From Raillietiella orientalis (taxonomy: Eukaryota): a stretch of 64,000 nucleotides of DNA. Shown piece by piece: positions 31,079 through 44,361 of the stretch. Within the stretch, counting starts at the first letter, position 1. Every line of letters starts with the position of its first letter. The position numbers and the translations under genes are program-made. The notes under the pieces were generated by a model, which saw only the letters and a list, made by a program, of their open reading frames with translations, ran no database searches and had not been told where the DNA came from. The stretch spans positions 930,001 to 994,000 of the forward strand of contig JAYWIR010000050.1 of NCBI GenBank assembly GCA_036172245.1, written 5' to 3'.

Positions 31079-34000
31079 AAATTTTGTAAGGGTTGTTTTC
31101 ATTTCGAAGTTGATCGAAAGGGTTCCTTCTGCCTCGCTTCCGGGAGCGCGTCCCGAAGTTGCCGAGCGGCGGTACTGCGAGCGCACCCCCAACGGTGCGG
31201 AGAGTCACGCAGGTGGGGGGGGGGGGCGACCCCCCACCTCCGACAGTCGACAGCGGGCTTCTTCTTCACGCCACGTCCACACACGGATAGAGCCGTCCAG
31301 CCCGCAGGCACTCCTGGTGCGAGCCGTAAATTGCGAGCTGCGCTGTTTTTTCGGATGATGCGCCCTGAGGAAGTCATCTCTGAAGGATGCCCGCCGCCTC
31401 CGTGCTGGGAGGAGGAGGAACGCTCGGGGGGACAGCGCTAGGCACTCCCCCCCCCGAGACGGCCAAGTGGCAGCGGGCTGGCGGAGACTTCGTGGGGGAT
31501 TCCGGGCGCGCGGTGACCCCCTGGCGCACCGGCATGCGTCGGATGCAAAGCCGCACCCCGGTGCGGCGTGGACGCGGGCCGCAAGCAGGCTCGCGGAGCC
31601 TCGCCAGGAACCTCACCGTTTCCATGGTGACGCCGGATGAGGAGGGGGAGCGTGCGGCAGCCCTCGAAGGGACTGACAGCCGGTCGATGATGCCTAGCTG
31701 ATTAGGCAAAAGAAGAACCTGGACCAGTGGAGAGGGAGAGGAAGGATGAATCCCGCCTGCCGGAAGGAGATGGAACTAGGGATCGGACCACTCCGCAGCG
31801 ACCCAGCAACTCTCCCTGCGTACGTCAGTCAGGGTGCAGGAAGAGGAGAGTCCAACGAGTGCTGAGATCGCCGGAAGCCTTCAAGGTCCCTCTTCCAAGT
31901 CTCGCGTCAGCTTTCGTGAAAAATGACTCTGTCTCATTTCACCCGCGGATCCTGAGAAAGCATCCGACCCATTCGGAAACAGGAAGGCCCGTTTCACATC
32001 CCACACCCGAAAAATCCGGAAGAGCGGACGCGCTCGCGTCGGCGGCGGCAGCTCCCGGGATGCAAGAATGGGACCCGAAAGCATTCCTGGAATCATTCTC
32101 GCCTTTTAACGCCCGCCGTGTTAAAGAGCGGGTGTTCTGAACCATTTTTGGCCGGAGGAGATGCTCGCGGGGAAGATGCCCCCCTGGACGTTCATCCGCA
32201 CGTTCGTCAGCAGCATCGCGGGAAAGCGACAGATTCACGAGAGAAGAGGAAGAAGAGCTCCTGCCGGGGACGTAACAGCCTGCGAAGAACGCTCTTTCGC
32301 CGAACGCCATCTCACGACTGCCAGGCGAACCTCCTTTGACGCGCCGTATATTGTGAAGTTTCATCTGGAGCAGCGTCTGTTGCAAACAGGGAACCGCAAG
32401 CCAGCGCCAAGGGACTGCGTAGTCGAGGGGAAAGGAGGGAGAAGGGGAGGGGGGGGGAGAAGCAAAAGACGGAGAAAGAAAGAAAGAAAGAAAGAAGAAG
32501 AAGAAAAAAAACGGTTTCCGGGTGAATGCGGTTGCGGCCTGGCGCCGAAGCCCAGCGGCTCTCTACGCTGCGGCTTCGACCGTGCGGAGCGCAAACCGCA
32601 CGTAACGTCCCGAAGTCTCTTTCTTCCAGCCGTGGGAACACTCTCGAAACGCCTTCCACGCCGCTGGTCCTCCGATCCTCGGTGCATTCGTCGAGCAGCC
32701 GCCACCGTGGGGGGGTGGGGGGTGTGCGCGTGCGTCCGATGGCCGGACCGTAGGGACGGGTGACCGAACCGGTCGTTCGAATCAGGACGGGTGCGCGCGT
32801 GGCACGCCCCTTTCCCCCCTCCTCTCGCGTGCGTGTCCCGAAGCCCCTCGGCCTTCAGGCGCCTTTCGGCGGAGCGGAAAACCCCCCTTGCGATCTCCGC
32901 CGATCCCGCGGGGCGCGTGCGGAGCCCGAGGAAGGCCTCCACGACCGGCGCGCGCCCGGGCCCATCACCCTGAAGGATCGACCCCTCTCTCGTCCCGAGC
33001 GGTTCCCGGAAAGCGCTGCGTCGAGGCGGTAGCGCCAGGGGAGCAGTCGCCCGTGAAACGGCAGCCCCCGTGGCTGTCTGCTGCTCGGCTGACTCCGCGT
33101 ATCGCACGGGCAAGCGGTGGACGCGACGAATCTTCCTCCGTCCGGGCGATGGCGCCTTCGCGAGTGGCGCCTGGACCGGGGGAAGCTGCGAAGGAACACC
33201 CGCTCGCAATGGAACGGCGGAGGCTGCGGTGCATCCGGCAGATCGGTAATTCAGTTACCCGCGACGTCTCCGGGCGCCTGTGAAATGCTGTGCGCGCGGA
33301 TGACGTGGAGCCTCTCTCCAGAAGGCGTTACCTTGGCCGTACACTTATTTGTACAGGACCACAGCACATGCAGCGATAACGTAAGGGTGTATCATTACTG
33401 GCAGGGGTATTATAAATAACTCCTCTCCAAAGGATGGGAACACTGCTGCCAGGCCGTGTTTTCAGCGAGACCATTTATTTGTATTCTCGTTTATTCCTGA
33501 CGCAATCAGAGAAGGGCCAATTAGGCGAGAGGAACAGAGAGGTCTTCTTCTTCTTCCTCTCCGTTCCCATGGTTCCCGCAAATTAGTCGATAAAGTGCCG
33601 AGCTGCGCAGGTGCGAATACATTACCAATCTGTTCGGCCGCGGAAAGACAGGGCCGATATAAAAAAAAAAAACGAGGGGGGGGGGGGGATGAATCCGGCC
33701 GTCGACGGGAATCATCCGGATTTGTACACCAAGTGTTGCTGCGGGAGCAGACGCGGCGTCCGGGAACGCCGGGGGAACGCTTCCCTGCTCATCCAGAGGA
33801 GGAGGCTGCATGCCAGCCGGAGAGGAGCTCCAGCTCGCTCGGAGCCTTTTTTTTCTTCTTCTTTTCAAAAAAATAAACCGTGTCTGTTGCTGCTCGCCAC
33901 TGCGGGCATTTCAGAAATGCCGAAGATGGCGGGGGAGGGGGGAGGGGGATGGCTCGGCTTCCCGTTCTCCATCCCGTGTTCCAGACGATTAGTTCTTGAA

Positions 34001-34890
34001 ACACCCGCACCAACCTTCCGGCTCTGCCGCACCAATGCGCTGCCATTGGCTCCGCAAAATCATATCGTTCCATCTCGGCGAAATTCTGGAACGAAGGAGA
34101 AGGAAAGAAATTCCCCCTTTTTCCCCCTTTTCTCCCTCTCTCTCTCTTTCTCTCTTTTTTTTTTTTTTTTTTTATAATCTTCCTCTATCGAAATGCCATT
34201 GCATAACTCCCACTCGAGTGTGGGGGATAATTCATGTGCGTACGTTTCCTCCCTTCCTGCTAATTGCAGATCAAAAGAAATGCGTGGTTTCCCTGGCAAC
34301 GAGCGCAGCTTCCGTGTGCGGATTGCCGGCCTCCACCGCTCGCTGCCGTTTCCGTTTTCGCGGTCGGCTTCGAGAATCGCAGGAAGCGCCGCTTGCTCTC
34401 GGGAAGGAGGGGGCGGGGGGATTCGTGGGGACGCGCGGGCTCCGGTAGCGATCGCGAGGGGAGAAGCAGGGGAGGGGGGGGGGGCCCACGGGAGCGAGGG
34501 ACGGCACCTTTCGGAGGGGCGGTCGGGGAGGGGAACCCCTCCGGAGCTGCGCAGGGGTGGGCGAAGCAGTCCGGGACTCGCGTCCGACCGATTCGGAGAA
34601 GAGCCGGAGGCGATGGGGGGGGGGGGGAGGGGGATTGGCTGGTGCGAACGGCCGGCGGTCGCCCCTTCGCAGGGAACGGGCCAGAAGGAGTCCCTCCCCC
34701 CCTCCCTCCCTTTCCCTTCCCGGCAGCCACCGCCTGCTTCCAGAGACGGAGCGGGCGGGTGATTTTTCTTCTCGCCCGACGGCCGCGGACGGTCCGCGTA
34801 GGTGGCTCGGGACACGCGCCCGAACTCCAGGACCCTCTCGAAAGGTGTCTCGGGGGGGCAGCTGGGGAGGCAGCGCGAACGCGCTCTCGG

Positions 34891-34926
<36 letters not shown>
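34891..34926 (+). repeat. Poly(A) run, 36 nt
   Basis: Read directly from the sequence. Confidence 0.9.
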
Positions 34927-34928
<2 letters not shown>

Positions 34929-36314
34929 CGAAGCGGGGAAAGTGATGGACGGCGCGCGCTCACCAACCTCTCGAAACGTCGGTGCCACTCCCCCCCCCCC
35001 TCCCAGCTGTAAGAATTCTATTTCCGTTGGAGAACTTTCTCGATCATCAGAATCCCGTCCTGTTTCTCCTTAATTTTACGATTTTCATGATAAAGGTTTC
35101 AACGATCTCATGTGCCCCCCCCCCCCCCTCTTGACTTTCGAGGAACCCAAGTTGCAAACAGACGACGACAGCTGTTCCGCTGTCGACTTTTCATTAGCTC
35201 CTTACGCCCAAAGATTCATCTTCCTGATTATGGACCCGAAGACGTGAGCAGAACTTAATGGTCGCGTTCGGAAAGAAAAAAAAAGGAGGAGGACCGAGGG
35301 CGACAGCCAACGAACCGCTCCCTGAAGGCGCATGGAAGTTTCCGCTCCATCGCGGTCTCGGCCAGCAGTTCATCCCTGCGATGGAGGAATTTTTTTTCGA
35401 GGAGGGAATGTCTTTGCCGCGGTTCCTTTCCTCCTCTTCCTCCCCTTCTCTCCAGAAAGGTCCTCTTCCTGGGGTCGTCAGTAAAGTCGGTGCGCGCCTG
35501 CAGTCGATTGCCCGCGGGCCGGTTGGCGGTACGTGCGCGCTTCTTGCTGCTGCTGCTGGCCTGTGGTCACGCGTGCGCTCCCATGCCATCGAGGCCGGAG
35601 ATCGGCACCGCTAATTACGGGTTTCTGTTCCCTTCGCTGCCCGGGATCCCGTTTCCCGCGCCGATTCCCGTTCCCGTCCAGCAGACCGCCAAACGCCCCC
35701 GCGTTTCCACTCCGCTTTTCCGCCGTCGAGCGAAGGCGCGCGCGCGCGCGCGCGCGCTTGACCGTGACTCCGGCGCGGCGCATATCTTCCCGCCGGCGCG
35801 GTTCTCTTTCCGGTGCCACCGGGGACGAGGCAGACGCCTCCCACCCGGACCTGCCCTTCCCTCCCCTTCCTATGCTGCTGCTGCTGCTGCTCCGTGCGGC
35901 CCTCCGGCTGCTTGCGCGCGATGGGGGGAGGGGGCTGGCCAAGCCTGAAGGCGAAGAGGACGTGGAAAGCCGGGAAGGTCGGAAACTGGGCGGAGTGCCG
36001 GGGGCTCGGCGTGAAGTGGGAGTGGGGGGGTACAGGGGGATGCTCACGCGTGTGCCTCCGGCAAAAACCGGCCCGGCGCCACCCCCGTGCTCCCCGCCGC
36101 CTTCCGCGACGCAGACATCGGCCGATTTTTCTGCACCCAATCTCCAGGCTCCCCTAGATGGAGGTGACGACGCTCCGGGAGGTCGGTGACTTCCAGCCAT
36201 CACATCTCAGGGGGGGGAAAGGTCGGAAGCCAGGCGGGTCCTGAGGGCAACTCTCCAGCGAGGACCCGGAGACGGCCGGAGCGGAAGGACACTTACGGAT
36301 AGATCCTCTGGGCT

Positions 36315-37260
36315 GTCACCCGGGTGCCCCGGAGCGTTTATTTACATAAAAATAAACATCTGCGATCTCTGTGGTTGGACCGGTGGTCCATCTCGAAACA
36401 AATCTGTCGTGTTACCGATACACAGAGCAGTGAGTTGTGTGCGGCAGCAGAGGGGAGGGGGCAAACGAAAAATAAATAAATAAAATTTGCGATGAGGGGA
36501 TGCGGGAAGGGATCACGTCCTGCTGGGGGCAGTCCTCTGCATCCGTTCGAGGATGCCGGCACGCTGTTCCTGTATGCTGTTCTTCGGATGGGGTCATCTT
36601 GTTGCCGTCCTCATGAAGCGGGTGGCGAAGCGGATGTGGTATCCTGTCGCTCGATTCTCCTCTTGCGAGGCTGCCGGCCGAAGGGAGTGGCGTAGGAGGA
36701 GGGGGTCCTAAAGCGTCTCCGGGGTTGCCGCTGGGGGGTTGCTGGGGTCGCCGTGAAGCGTTCTCTGAGGGGTCCGGGAGCGACACAACGCACAAGTAGG
36801 CTGGGGGAGGGATTCCAACTCCCCGCACCCGGCAAGGTTCGGGTCCACCCCTCTTCCCCCGTGTCCAGCGATGCCGGCGGGCGTTGCACGAGAGGCCCCA
36901 GTGCAGCAGCAGCAGCAGCAGCAGCAGCACCGACTTCCTCCACTTCAAGGGGAGCATGCGGGTGTCCAAGGGCACTGGGGGCCACTGCAGGTCTTCCTCC
37001 GGAATATCCAGCAGCACTCGCCCCAGCGCAAAAGTCCTCGAGGTGGGGTACCCGGGATTGCAGCATCCACAAGCTGGCCGGAGTCAGCCACTCGCCCAGT
37101 CCTCTTCTCCTGGAGGAGATTTCCATAGCAACCTCCCACATGGCCGGAAGGCTGCTTCCCGAATGTTCCCTCAGGGAGGGCAGGGAGGTTCATCCTGCAC
37201 ACGGGACTTTCCCGGGATCTTGGAGGTTCTCCTGGAGCGAGTGTTTGATGCAGGGCGACC
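36315..37260 (-). mobile_element. Decayed L1/Tx1-type LINE 3' end, copy 2
   Basis: LPLKWRKSVL(n)HWGLSCNARRHRW...PCRVRG; shares gggggccactgcaggtcttcctccggaata with copy 1. Confidence 0.7.
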
Positions 37261-38859
37261 CGTGCAGGTAAGCGCTGAACCTGTTTTCGAGGCTGCTCCC
37301 GGTTCTTCGCCCACGCGCGGACGGTTCTCTGCAACCGGGCGCCACCGTTCGCGGGGATTGGCTCCCTGGAAGAGCGCCCGCGCCGTCGAAAGAGCTCTTG
37401 TTTCGGAATGCAGAGGGGCGCGGCGAAGGACGAACTGCTGGGAGGTCGTCGCAGAGCGTGGCTCGTAGCATCCCGCGCGCGCGGACCACCCTTTCGTTCC
37501 ACGCGCGCGGGATGCTACGAGTCACGCTCCCGAAATACCTCTGGCCGCACCTTCGCGTCGGTGGGCATCGGCTCGCCCACGTTCCAGGTGGTTCTCTCAC
37601 CGGGGAGATGTCGTGCGGCTCACGCGGGTCCCGTGGATGCTGAGGCCACGTTGGGTCGAGACGCGCGCGTCATCTTCCCGAAGTCCGGCTGCGGGATCGC
37701 TAGTTGCCTTCAGCACTGTCAACGTTCGGAAGGCCTTCGTTGACATGGAGACTGGGAAGACTTCGCGTTCGGAGTCGGGCGGCCTCCAAGGATGAGCGCT
37801 CTTCTCCCCTCGAGCATCGCCGTACCCGGAAGTAAATCCCCTCCAGGAACGAGCGTGAGGGCAAGGGGACCACGCCCCAGCTCTTACGTTCAGCTGGCAT
37901 CTTTAGTCGGTGGGTCGAGGCCTCGGACCGCCGAATATGCCGGGGTGCGGCGCGCCGCACGCAGCGCCGCATCGCGCACGCGACATCTCCTGCAGCCACG
38001 ACCCTGCTTGACCTTGATCAGGAAAGGGGGGGAGGGTGCGGCGGTCGCATCGGGCAGGTCGCGCTGAAAGCCCCCTCAAGCGCTGCTGGTATTCTTCCGG
38101 GAGGACGCGCCGGAGAATCCCCTCGTTCGTCCATGTCCCCAACCCCTCCCTTATTCCGATATGACGGAGACGCGGGCGCAGAGCACTCCGCACGTGAAGG
38201 GTGGTGACCGCGCCTGAAAAGGCAGGCACGCCTTTTCTCCGCGTAACCAAAGGGATCAGCCTTGGAGACCGGCCAAAGGTCTCTCTCCAGACGGGACAGC
38301 GCGTGACCCGAGGAGGGCGTCCACAAAGGCTGCTCGACGGCCCGCGGCGCGAGTCAGGCGCTCCGAGGGGATGGGAAGTTCTGGAGAGGACAAGTGAGAG
38401 CGGACCCGAAGTCGCGGGCGCGCGCGCGTGACGCGTGTGTGAGCTCCTTGGCTCGAGGCAGAGAGCGCCGTGACTCCGGCAGACCCCCCCCCCCCCCCGG
38501 GACATCCCACGCGCGCGCGCACGTTTTTCGCATCAGGATCCTCGCGCGCACCGTCGCCGGCGAGACGCCCGAGGCAACGGTGCGTCTGCGGAGGGAGACG
38601 AGGAAGCAGCGCGCTCGCCGCCGTCGAAAATTCGGTCCAAGGACAGGCGGGGGGAGCTTGGAGGACCTCGGTCCCCGCGAAAGCGCGCAAGGGGAGGACG
38701 GCGAGCAGCGCTGGGGCCCTCCCGAAGCAGCAGCAGGCTTTTTTGGTTCTCAAAGAGTGCCGAAGAACCGTTTGCCTCCTTTAGAGCGGAGGTCACGGAG
38801 CTCTTTAAGCACCGTCCACGCCACCTAAGGGTGCGTGTCACTCTTCCAGTTATAGATTT

Positions 38860-40225
38860 ATCACCCGGTTACTCCGCGGCGTTTATTATAAAAAATTAAG
38901 ATCCATGTGTAGGGTCATCGGCCCTACATTGTCCAAAAATGCCCGGAACCTGCCGAGTGACTGGCATGAAGGCCGGTGAGGTTCGCCTCGGCAGAGAAAG
39001 GGGAGAAGGCAAACGAAAAAAGAAATAAACACAAGACAAGAATAAAAAGGAAAACTCTGGGGGGGGGGGGGGCGGGAGGGGATCATTGTTCGCTGGGGGG
39101 CGTTCTCTGTATCCTTTCCAGGATGCCGGCAAGTTCCAGCCGAGTGTGCCCCAGACAGGGTCATCTTGCCGCCGTCCTCATGAAGCTCACGGCGAAGCAG
39201 ATGACGTCCCTATCGCGCCGTCCTCCTCTCGTATAGCTCCGGGCCGCCACGGCCCCACGTAGGCAACAGCAAAGAGCTCCTGGGATGCGCCAGGAGAAAG
39301 GGTACCGCGCACGAAGAGGTTCTTGATCACGTCTCAGGGGTAGTTCGTTTGTGCACCTAGAGCCGTTGCGAAACGCAATCGCAGGGGCTGGAGGGCAACA
39401 CAGCCAAGAAGCAGGTGAGGGAGGGATTCCCTCTCCCCAAACCTGCAGCAGTTCGGATCCACTGCCTCCCAGGTCCAGTGAGATCAGTAGGCATTGCACG
39501 GGAGACCTCAGTGCAACACCAGAAATGCCGACTCCTGCCACTTCAGGGGGAGAGTCCGGTTGTTCTTCAGAGCTGCGGGTCACTCCAGGTCTTCGGTTGG
39601 AATGCCGAGCAGCTCGCCACATCGCTGTAATCCTCGTGGAAGGACACTGGGGATTGCTGCGTGTGCTAGCTATCCCGTGGTCCAACCAATCATCAGCTTC
39701 TTCCTGCGTGCAATCTGGCAGGATACTTCCCACCGCGGCATTTGGCTGCTGCCCAGTGCCCTCCTCTAAAAGGACGGCGTTGCAGCGAGGGAGGTCGCCT
39801 CCGCCCACGAGCTCCTGGCAGGACACTTCAGGACCTTCCGTAGCGAGCAGCGGGAGTGGTTGCCGAGTCGCAGGCAGTTCAACCTCTCGGTTCCCGTCTC
39901 GATGGATCTGTCCGCGCCCTGCCACCTCTAGCGCCTGGCTAGAGGTGGCAGGGCGCAGCAGACAGTCGTTCTCCTCCGATAGGATGACTATGCGACCGAG
40001 GAGAAGACCGCACCTTCTCAACTTGGGCCACGAGTACGAGAGGAAAGACGCGAGTCCTTCCGTCCCGGCCACACGGCAGGAGAAGAGGCGGGAGGGAACG
40101 CACCATGGGGTGCTCCACAACTTCGCCGCTGGACCTCCACCCGCTCCAGCGCCAGTAGGCCGCCGTCACGGAGCGGAGCACTCACGTCCTTCAGCTGGAC
40201 TCGGGATCTCCCACTGCCTAAGGTA
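38860..40225 (-). mobile_element. Decayed L1/Tx1-type LINE 3' portion, copy 3 (nested in SINE A copy 2)
   Basis: Minus reading LPLKWQESAFLVLH*GLPCNAY*SHW...DPNCCRFGERESLPHLLLGC; same 3' UTR as copies 1-2. Confidence 0.7.
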
Positions 40226-40743
40226 ACCTCTTCCCAGAAGGATCCCCAGGAGGGAGCCACTGGGGCCGCTCCTCACTTCTCCCGAGGAATCCCTTGGATA
40301 GGATCCACTCCTTTTCTCCCCTGAAGAGGACCCCGAAGGGATGCTTCCTCGTTTCCTCTGAAGGGATGCTCTCCGAAGGGAACGGCGCTCGCTTCTTGGC
40401 GCTCTGGAAAGGGATCGACCGATCACCCCCATGGTACGGGATGGAGATTCTTCCGCTGAGGGGGGGGGGGAAGGGACAGGAGGGGGAACCCCACAGGACC
40501 CCTTGATGTCCTGGAAGGACCTCGAAAGGTCAACTTCCAATCCCAGGCGGCCAACGGGACGATGAGGGGAGTTTCCGGCTTCCCATCGGTGCCGCCGCAC
40601 CCTAACCAGCGCCATCTTGTGAGGGACACTGGAAACTCAGGGCGCACCCCCTTCATTTCTCGGTGTCGATACTTCCTCTGGGCGGGGATTCGAATCCGCG
40701 ACGCCTGGCGCCACGCGCGCGAAGACCGCAGCCACGCGGCCTC
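40225..40743 (-). mobile_element. tRNA-derived SINE-like family A, copy 2 (tail remnant at about 38770-38855)
   Basis: Near-identical to copy 1 over about 440 bp. Confidence 0.75.
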
Positions 40744-42814
40744 CAACGCGGGGAGCAGCGGACCCTTTGGGTACAGAGGCGTCCCTCCTTTTCCTCCCAT
40801 TCGACGGAAAACCTTTGTAGGAGCTGGAAACGAAGTCACGGCGCCCACGGAGAAGAGGGCCTCGAGGAGGCTGCGCGTGCGGAAGTCTCGGTCCGGGAAG
40901 CTGCAGAGGTCGGCGAGTCGTTTTAACCCTTCCCCCTCCCCTTCCCGGGCTGCCGTCAAGAAGGCACGCATAATCGCGCGCGCGTGCACGTGACCTCCGG
41001 TGCTCTCGGCACGCCTCCTGACTGCCGTGGCAGCCCGTCGCTGTGGCTGCCATGGGACGCCGGGTGACACGGGAGGAGGAAACCGTGGCGACGAAGGACG
41101 GGCCGCTGCCCTACGCGCGCAGAAAACTTCCCGCGCTGTCGGCGTGCGCGCGCGCATACAGGAAAGATCCTGGAAGATCCGGATGGACGGGGATCCTCCG
41201 AGCAGAAATCCCCTTCCCCGGGGAAATCCACCGTAAGGGAAAGCGCGCCTTCCCCAGGGCTGCGGGGGTGGCGGGTGGAGGATTCTACGAAAGAGGGAAG
41301 GGGGGGGGGAGGTGAGACAGGCACGCCGTCGTGCTCTGATGCGGGAAAGCATCGGGGCCGCTTCCAAGGTCGACCGTTCGTTCCCCGGAGCGTCAGCTGT
41401 TGTTGCCTGGGAACGCGAGTCGCACCGCAGGGCTGCCTCGCGGGTCCGATAACTCGGGCGACCCGTTGGACTTATCTGGCGCGCGTGGCGTGAGGGAGGC
41501 ACCGCGCAGATAACGACGATGCTGGGGCGGGGCGGCGGCGTCCTCGCAGCAGACGACGACGGCGTCTCTCCGCGGCACGCGCCACCGGAGGGTGGCCGGG
41601 TGGGCGGCGGTCCCACCCGTGCGCGCTCGTCTTAAAGATCCAGCGGCGCCCGTCGTTCGCTTCCTCCTCCAGTGGAAGAGGGAGGAAGGAGAAGGGGAGG
41701 GGGGGAAAGAAGCGCCACCACCGCCTCTTCTTTCTCGAACCCTCCGCCCCGTGGAGCGGACGCCCCGCCTTCCTCCCGCCAATCACCTGGGCGGAGGGGA
41801 GGCGCCCAGTGGGCTGTTAAGGCTGCTACTGGCGCCTTCTCCTCCCTTCGCCACTTCAGGGGGAAGGCCAGGGGGAGGATCCTTCCGCACCCTTGCTGGA
41901 GATCCGCGGCCCCCTTTGCCGGCGAAGACGGGCTGCCGCTGCCGCCGTCTGCATTCCTCTCGCTCCTCCTCCCCGCTGCCGAGTCCCTACGTGGGCGGGA
42001 AATGCCTTGAGGGCTCAGCCGGCCCTGCCACCCACTGCCCCCTCCAAGGACGCCTTAGGGTCCGCTGCCAATCCCGGCCAATTAACAGAGTCCTCCGGGG
42101 ACTCACGTGCTCTGCTGCCCCTAGGCCGAGACGAACCGGACCGAGAGGGTCCAGAGCACTGCGGAGGAGCCCTCCCGCCCCCTTCCACTTATGGAGTCTG
42201 GGTACGTGTTGGGAAATGGGAAGTACCTTCCTGCGGCCATGGCCCCGAGCAGAGAGAGCAGCCAACGAGCGCCTCCATGCCGACAGCTCGAAAGAGATGC
42301 CTCGATCCCACCAGACGCAAGACCGGCAACGTGGCCACCTGCGGCAACCGCTCCCGACACTCCCGGGCCGAGTCATCCCGAGCCGTTCTCGGGTTGCCCC
42401 GCGACCTCGGAAAGAGTCCAACTGCCCTCTAGGGGCGTGCGAACTCAACCCTCGGGATGTTCGCGTTCGTCGCCACGTCCGGAGGGCACCAGCGGCGGCG
42501 ACTGCAGGAGCGCCCGGACAGCAGTCACGAGACCGCTGGTCGCTCGAGGAGCCGTCGAACGATGGGGATGGGTGAATGAGGGAGTAGGGCAGGTTTGCCT
42601 TCGGGGCGCGCGTCTGCATCGGCAGCGGGCAAATGGCCGCGTTGGGCGGCCCCGCATCCACCTCTCCGAGCCTGCCTCGGAGGCCAGAAGCGAGGCGGCG
42701 CCCGCACGCGCCCCGGCGCTCGCGAGTCCTTGGCGCTCCGCGCGCCGGGCGGAGTTGGCCACCGACGGGTGCGGGCCCGTTTGGTCAGGTCTCCATCGGG
42801 GAAGCGGAGACTCT

Positions 42815-43420
42815 CGTTACCCGGGTGTGCTGGGACGCTCTTGTTTCTATTTTTTGTTTTTTAGCGTTCACCGGGGGAGGAGCTGCAGGGTCGCCGGTGT
42901 GCAGATCGGCGCGGCTCGCCTCTCGGCAGCAGAGCAGGAGGGGGAGAGGGGGACAAACATAAAAATAAAAATTAAAAAAATGCAAATGAAAATGAAAAAG
43001 CATTCAGAGAGCTCTGGGAGGGGTCATCGCCTGCCGGAGGACGTCCTCTGCATCCTCTCCGGTACGCCGGCAGGTGGGGCCATCTCGACGCTGTCCGCAG
43101 GAAGCGGATGGCGAAGCGGATGGGAGTCCCCGTCGTCCTCCCTCCCCGTCCTCCCCCTCTCCCCGACTACGTCGCTCCAGGCCACGGCCACGTCTTGTGG
43201 ACGAAGAGAGGAGCCGCTCGCGAGCGTCTCCAGGGTCGATGGGACCGCAGGGGGGGGGACGACGACAACAATGCAGTCCACAAGCAGTTTGCGGGAAGAG
43301 ATTCCCGCTCTCCGCACCCCTGCTGCAGTTGGGAGTTTTCACTCCGCCCCTCACCCACCTGGGTGCAGTGCTGCCGGCGGGCGTTGCACGCCGCATGGGA
43401 AGATGCCGACCCCTTCTGCT
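42815..43420 (-). mobile_element. Highly decayed L1/Tx1-type LINE 3' end, copy 4
   Basis: Shares tgccggcgggcgttgcacg, the gattccc..ctccgcacc block and the ctcggcagcag...A-rich UTR block with copies 1-3. Confidence 0.55.
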
Positions 43421-43447
43421 CCCGAAGGAGGACGGGAGCGTTCCGAA

Positions 43448-44361
43448 GCCTGGATGAACGCAGCGGCCGGAACTCCTGAGGTGAAAAGGAGCAGAGCACG
43501 CTGGACCAGGGGGAGAAGTCCCTGTGAGGTATTCCAGCCTGTCGGCCGGAGGCGACAAGAGGTCAAGGTCAGCAGATTCGAGAGGAAAACAAAGAAGAAA
43601 AGAAAGAAAGCAAAAATATCAGCGCTGCCACTCGGCCGAGGTGGCAGGAAGGTCTCGCCCGCTTCCTGGTCCGACCTCCGGAGGTAGAAAGGGGTGGGGC
43701 AGGAGGGCTCTCCCGCGACGCCATCTCGTCCAGGTTCAGGGTCCAGCGGAGCATCCGAGTCCCTGGAGGACCACGGCTGGAAGAGGCTCGACCTGTCCCC
43801 TTTCATCGCACGCGCGCCTGCGCGCGTCGGACGGCCAAGGCGGCCTGGATGTCGGCCGTGGTCTTTCGAACGCCCTGCAGCCATCGGAACGCCGCCACAG
43901 CGGAGGAAGACGCGCGTTCGTCCCGGTGGACGGGGAGACCAGCCCTGTCGCGCAGAGCCTCCGGCGTGCTGAGGCGTGTCTCCAAGGTCTTCCAGGAGGT
44001 CCCTACATATCGAGAAAGAATCCTCTCCGAAAAATTCTCCCAGCCCTCGGCACGACGGACTCGGTGGCTATGGTTACCAGGCCCCTTAAAGATCCGCCGC
44101 ATCCGGAGCTTTTTACGCGGGTTGCCTGCGCCGAGATGGGCGAGAGAAGCAGCTGCCATGGCTCGCTGCCGCAAGCAGGATCTCACGCCACGCCGAGATT
44201 TTTGTTTTCTTTCCCCCCCCCCCCTTCTCGAGTCTTCTGACCTTGACCTCTTGTCACCTCCAGCCGGCAGGCTGGAATGCTTCGGAGAGGCTTCTTCCCC
44301 TGGTCCAGCGCACTCCGCTCCTTTCCACCACAGGAGTTCCGGCCGCTGCGTTTATCCCGGC
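43448..44361. mobile_element. MITE/foldback-like element with ~175-bp inverted arms
   Basis: 43448-43624 aligns to the reverse complement of 44191-44361; no clear target-site duplication seen. Confidence 0.6.

Noticed and set aside
42191..43687. 498-aa ORF and other long Arg/Pro/Gly/Ala-rich ORFs throughout the track
   Set aside because: Expected from high GC content; they overlap in several frames, cross repeat boundaries and show no recognisable domains.
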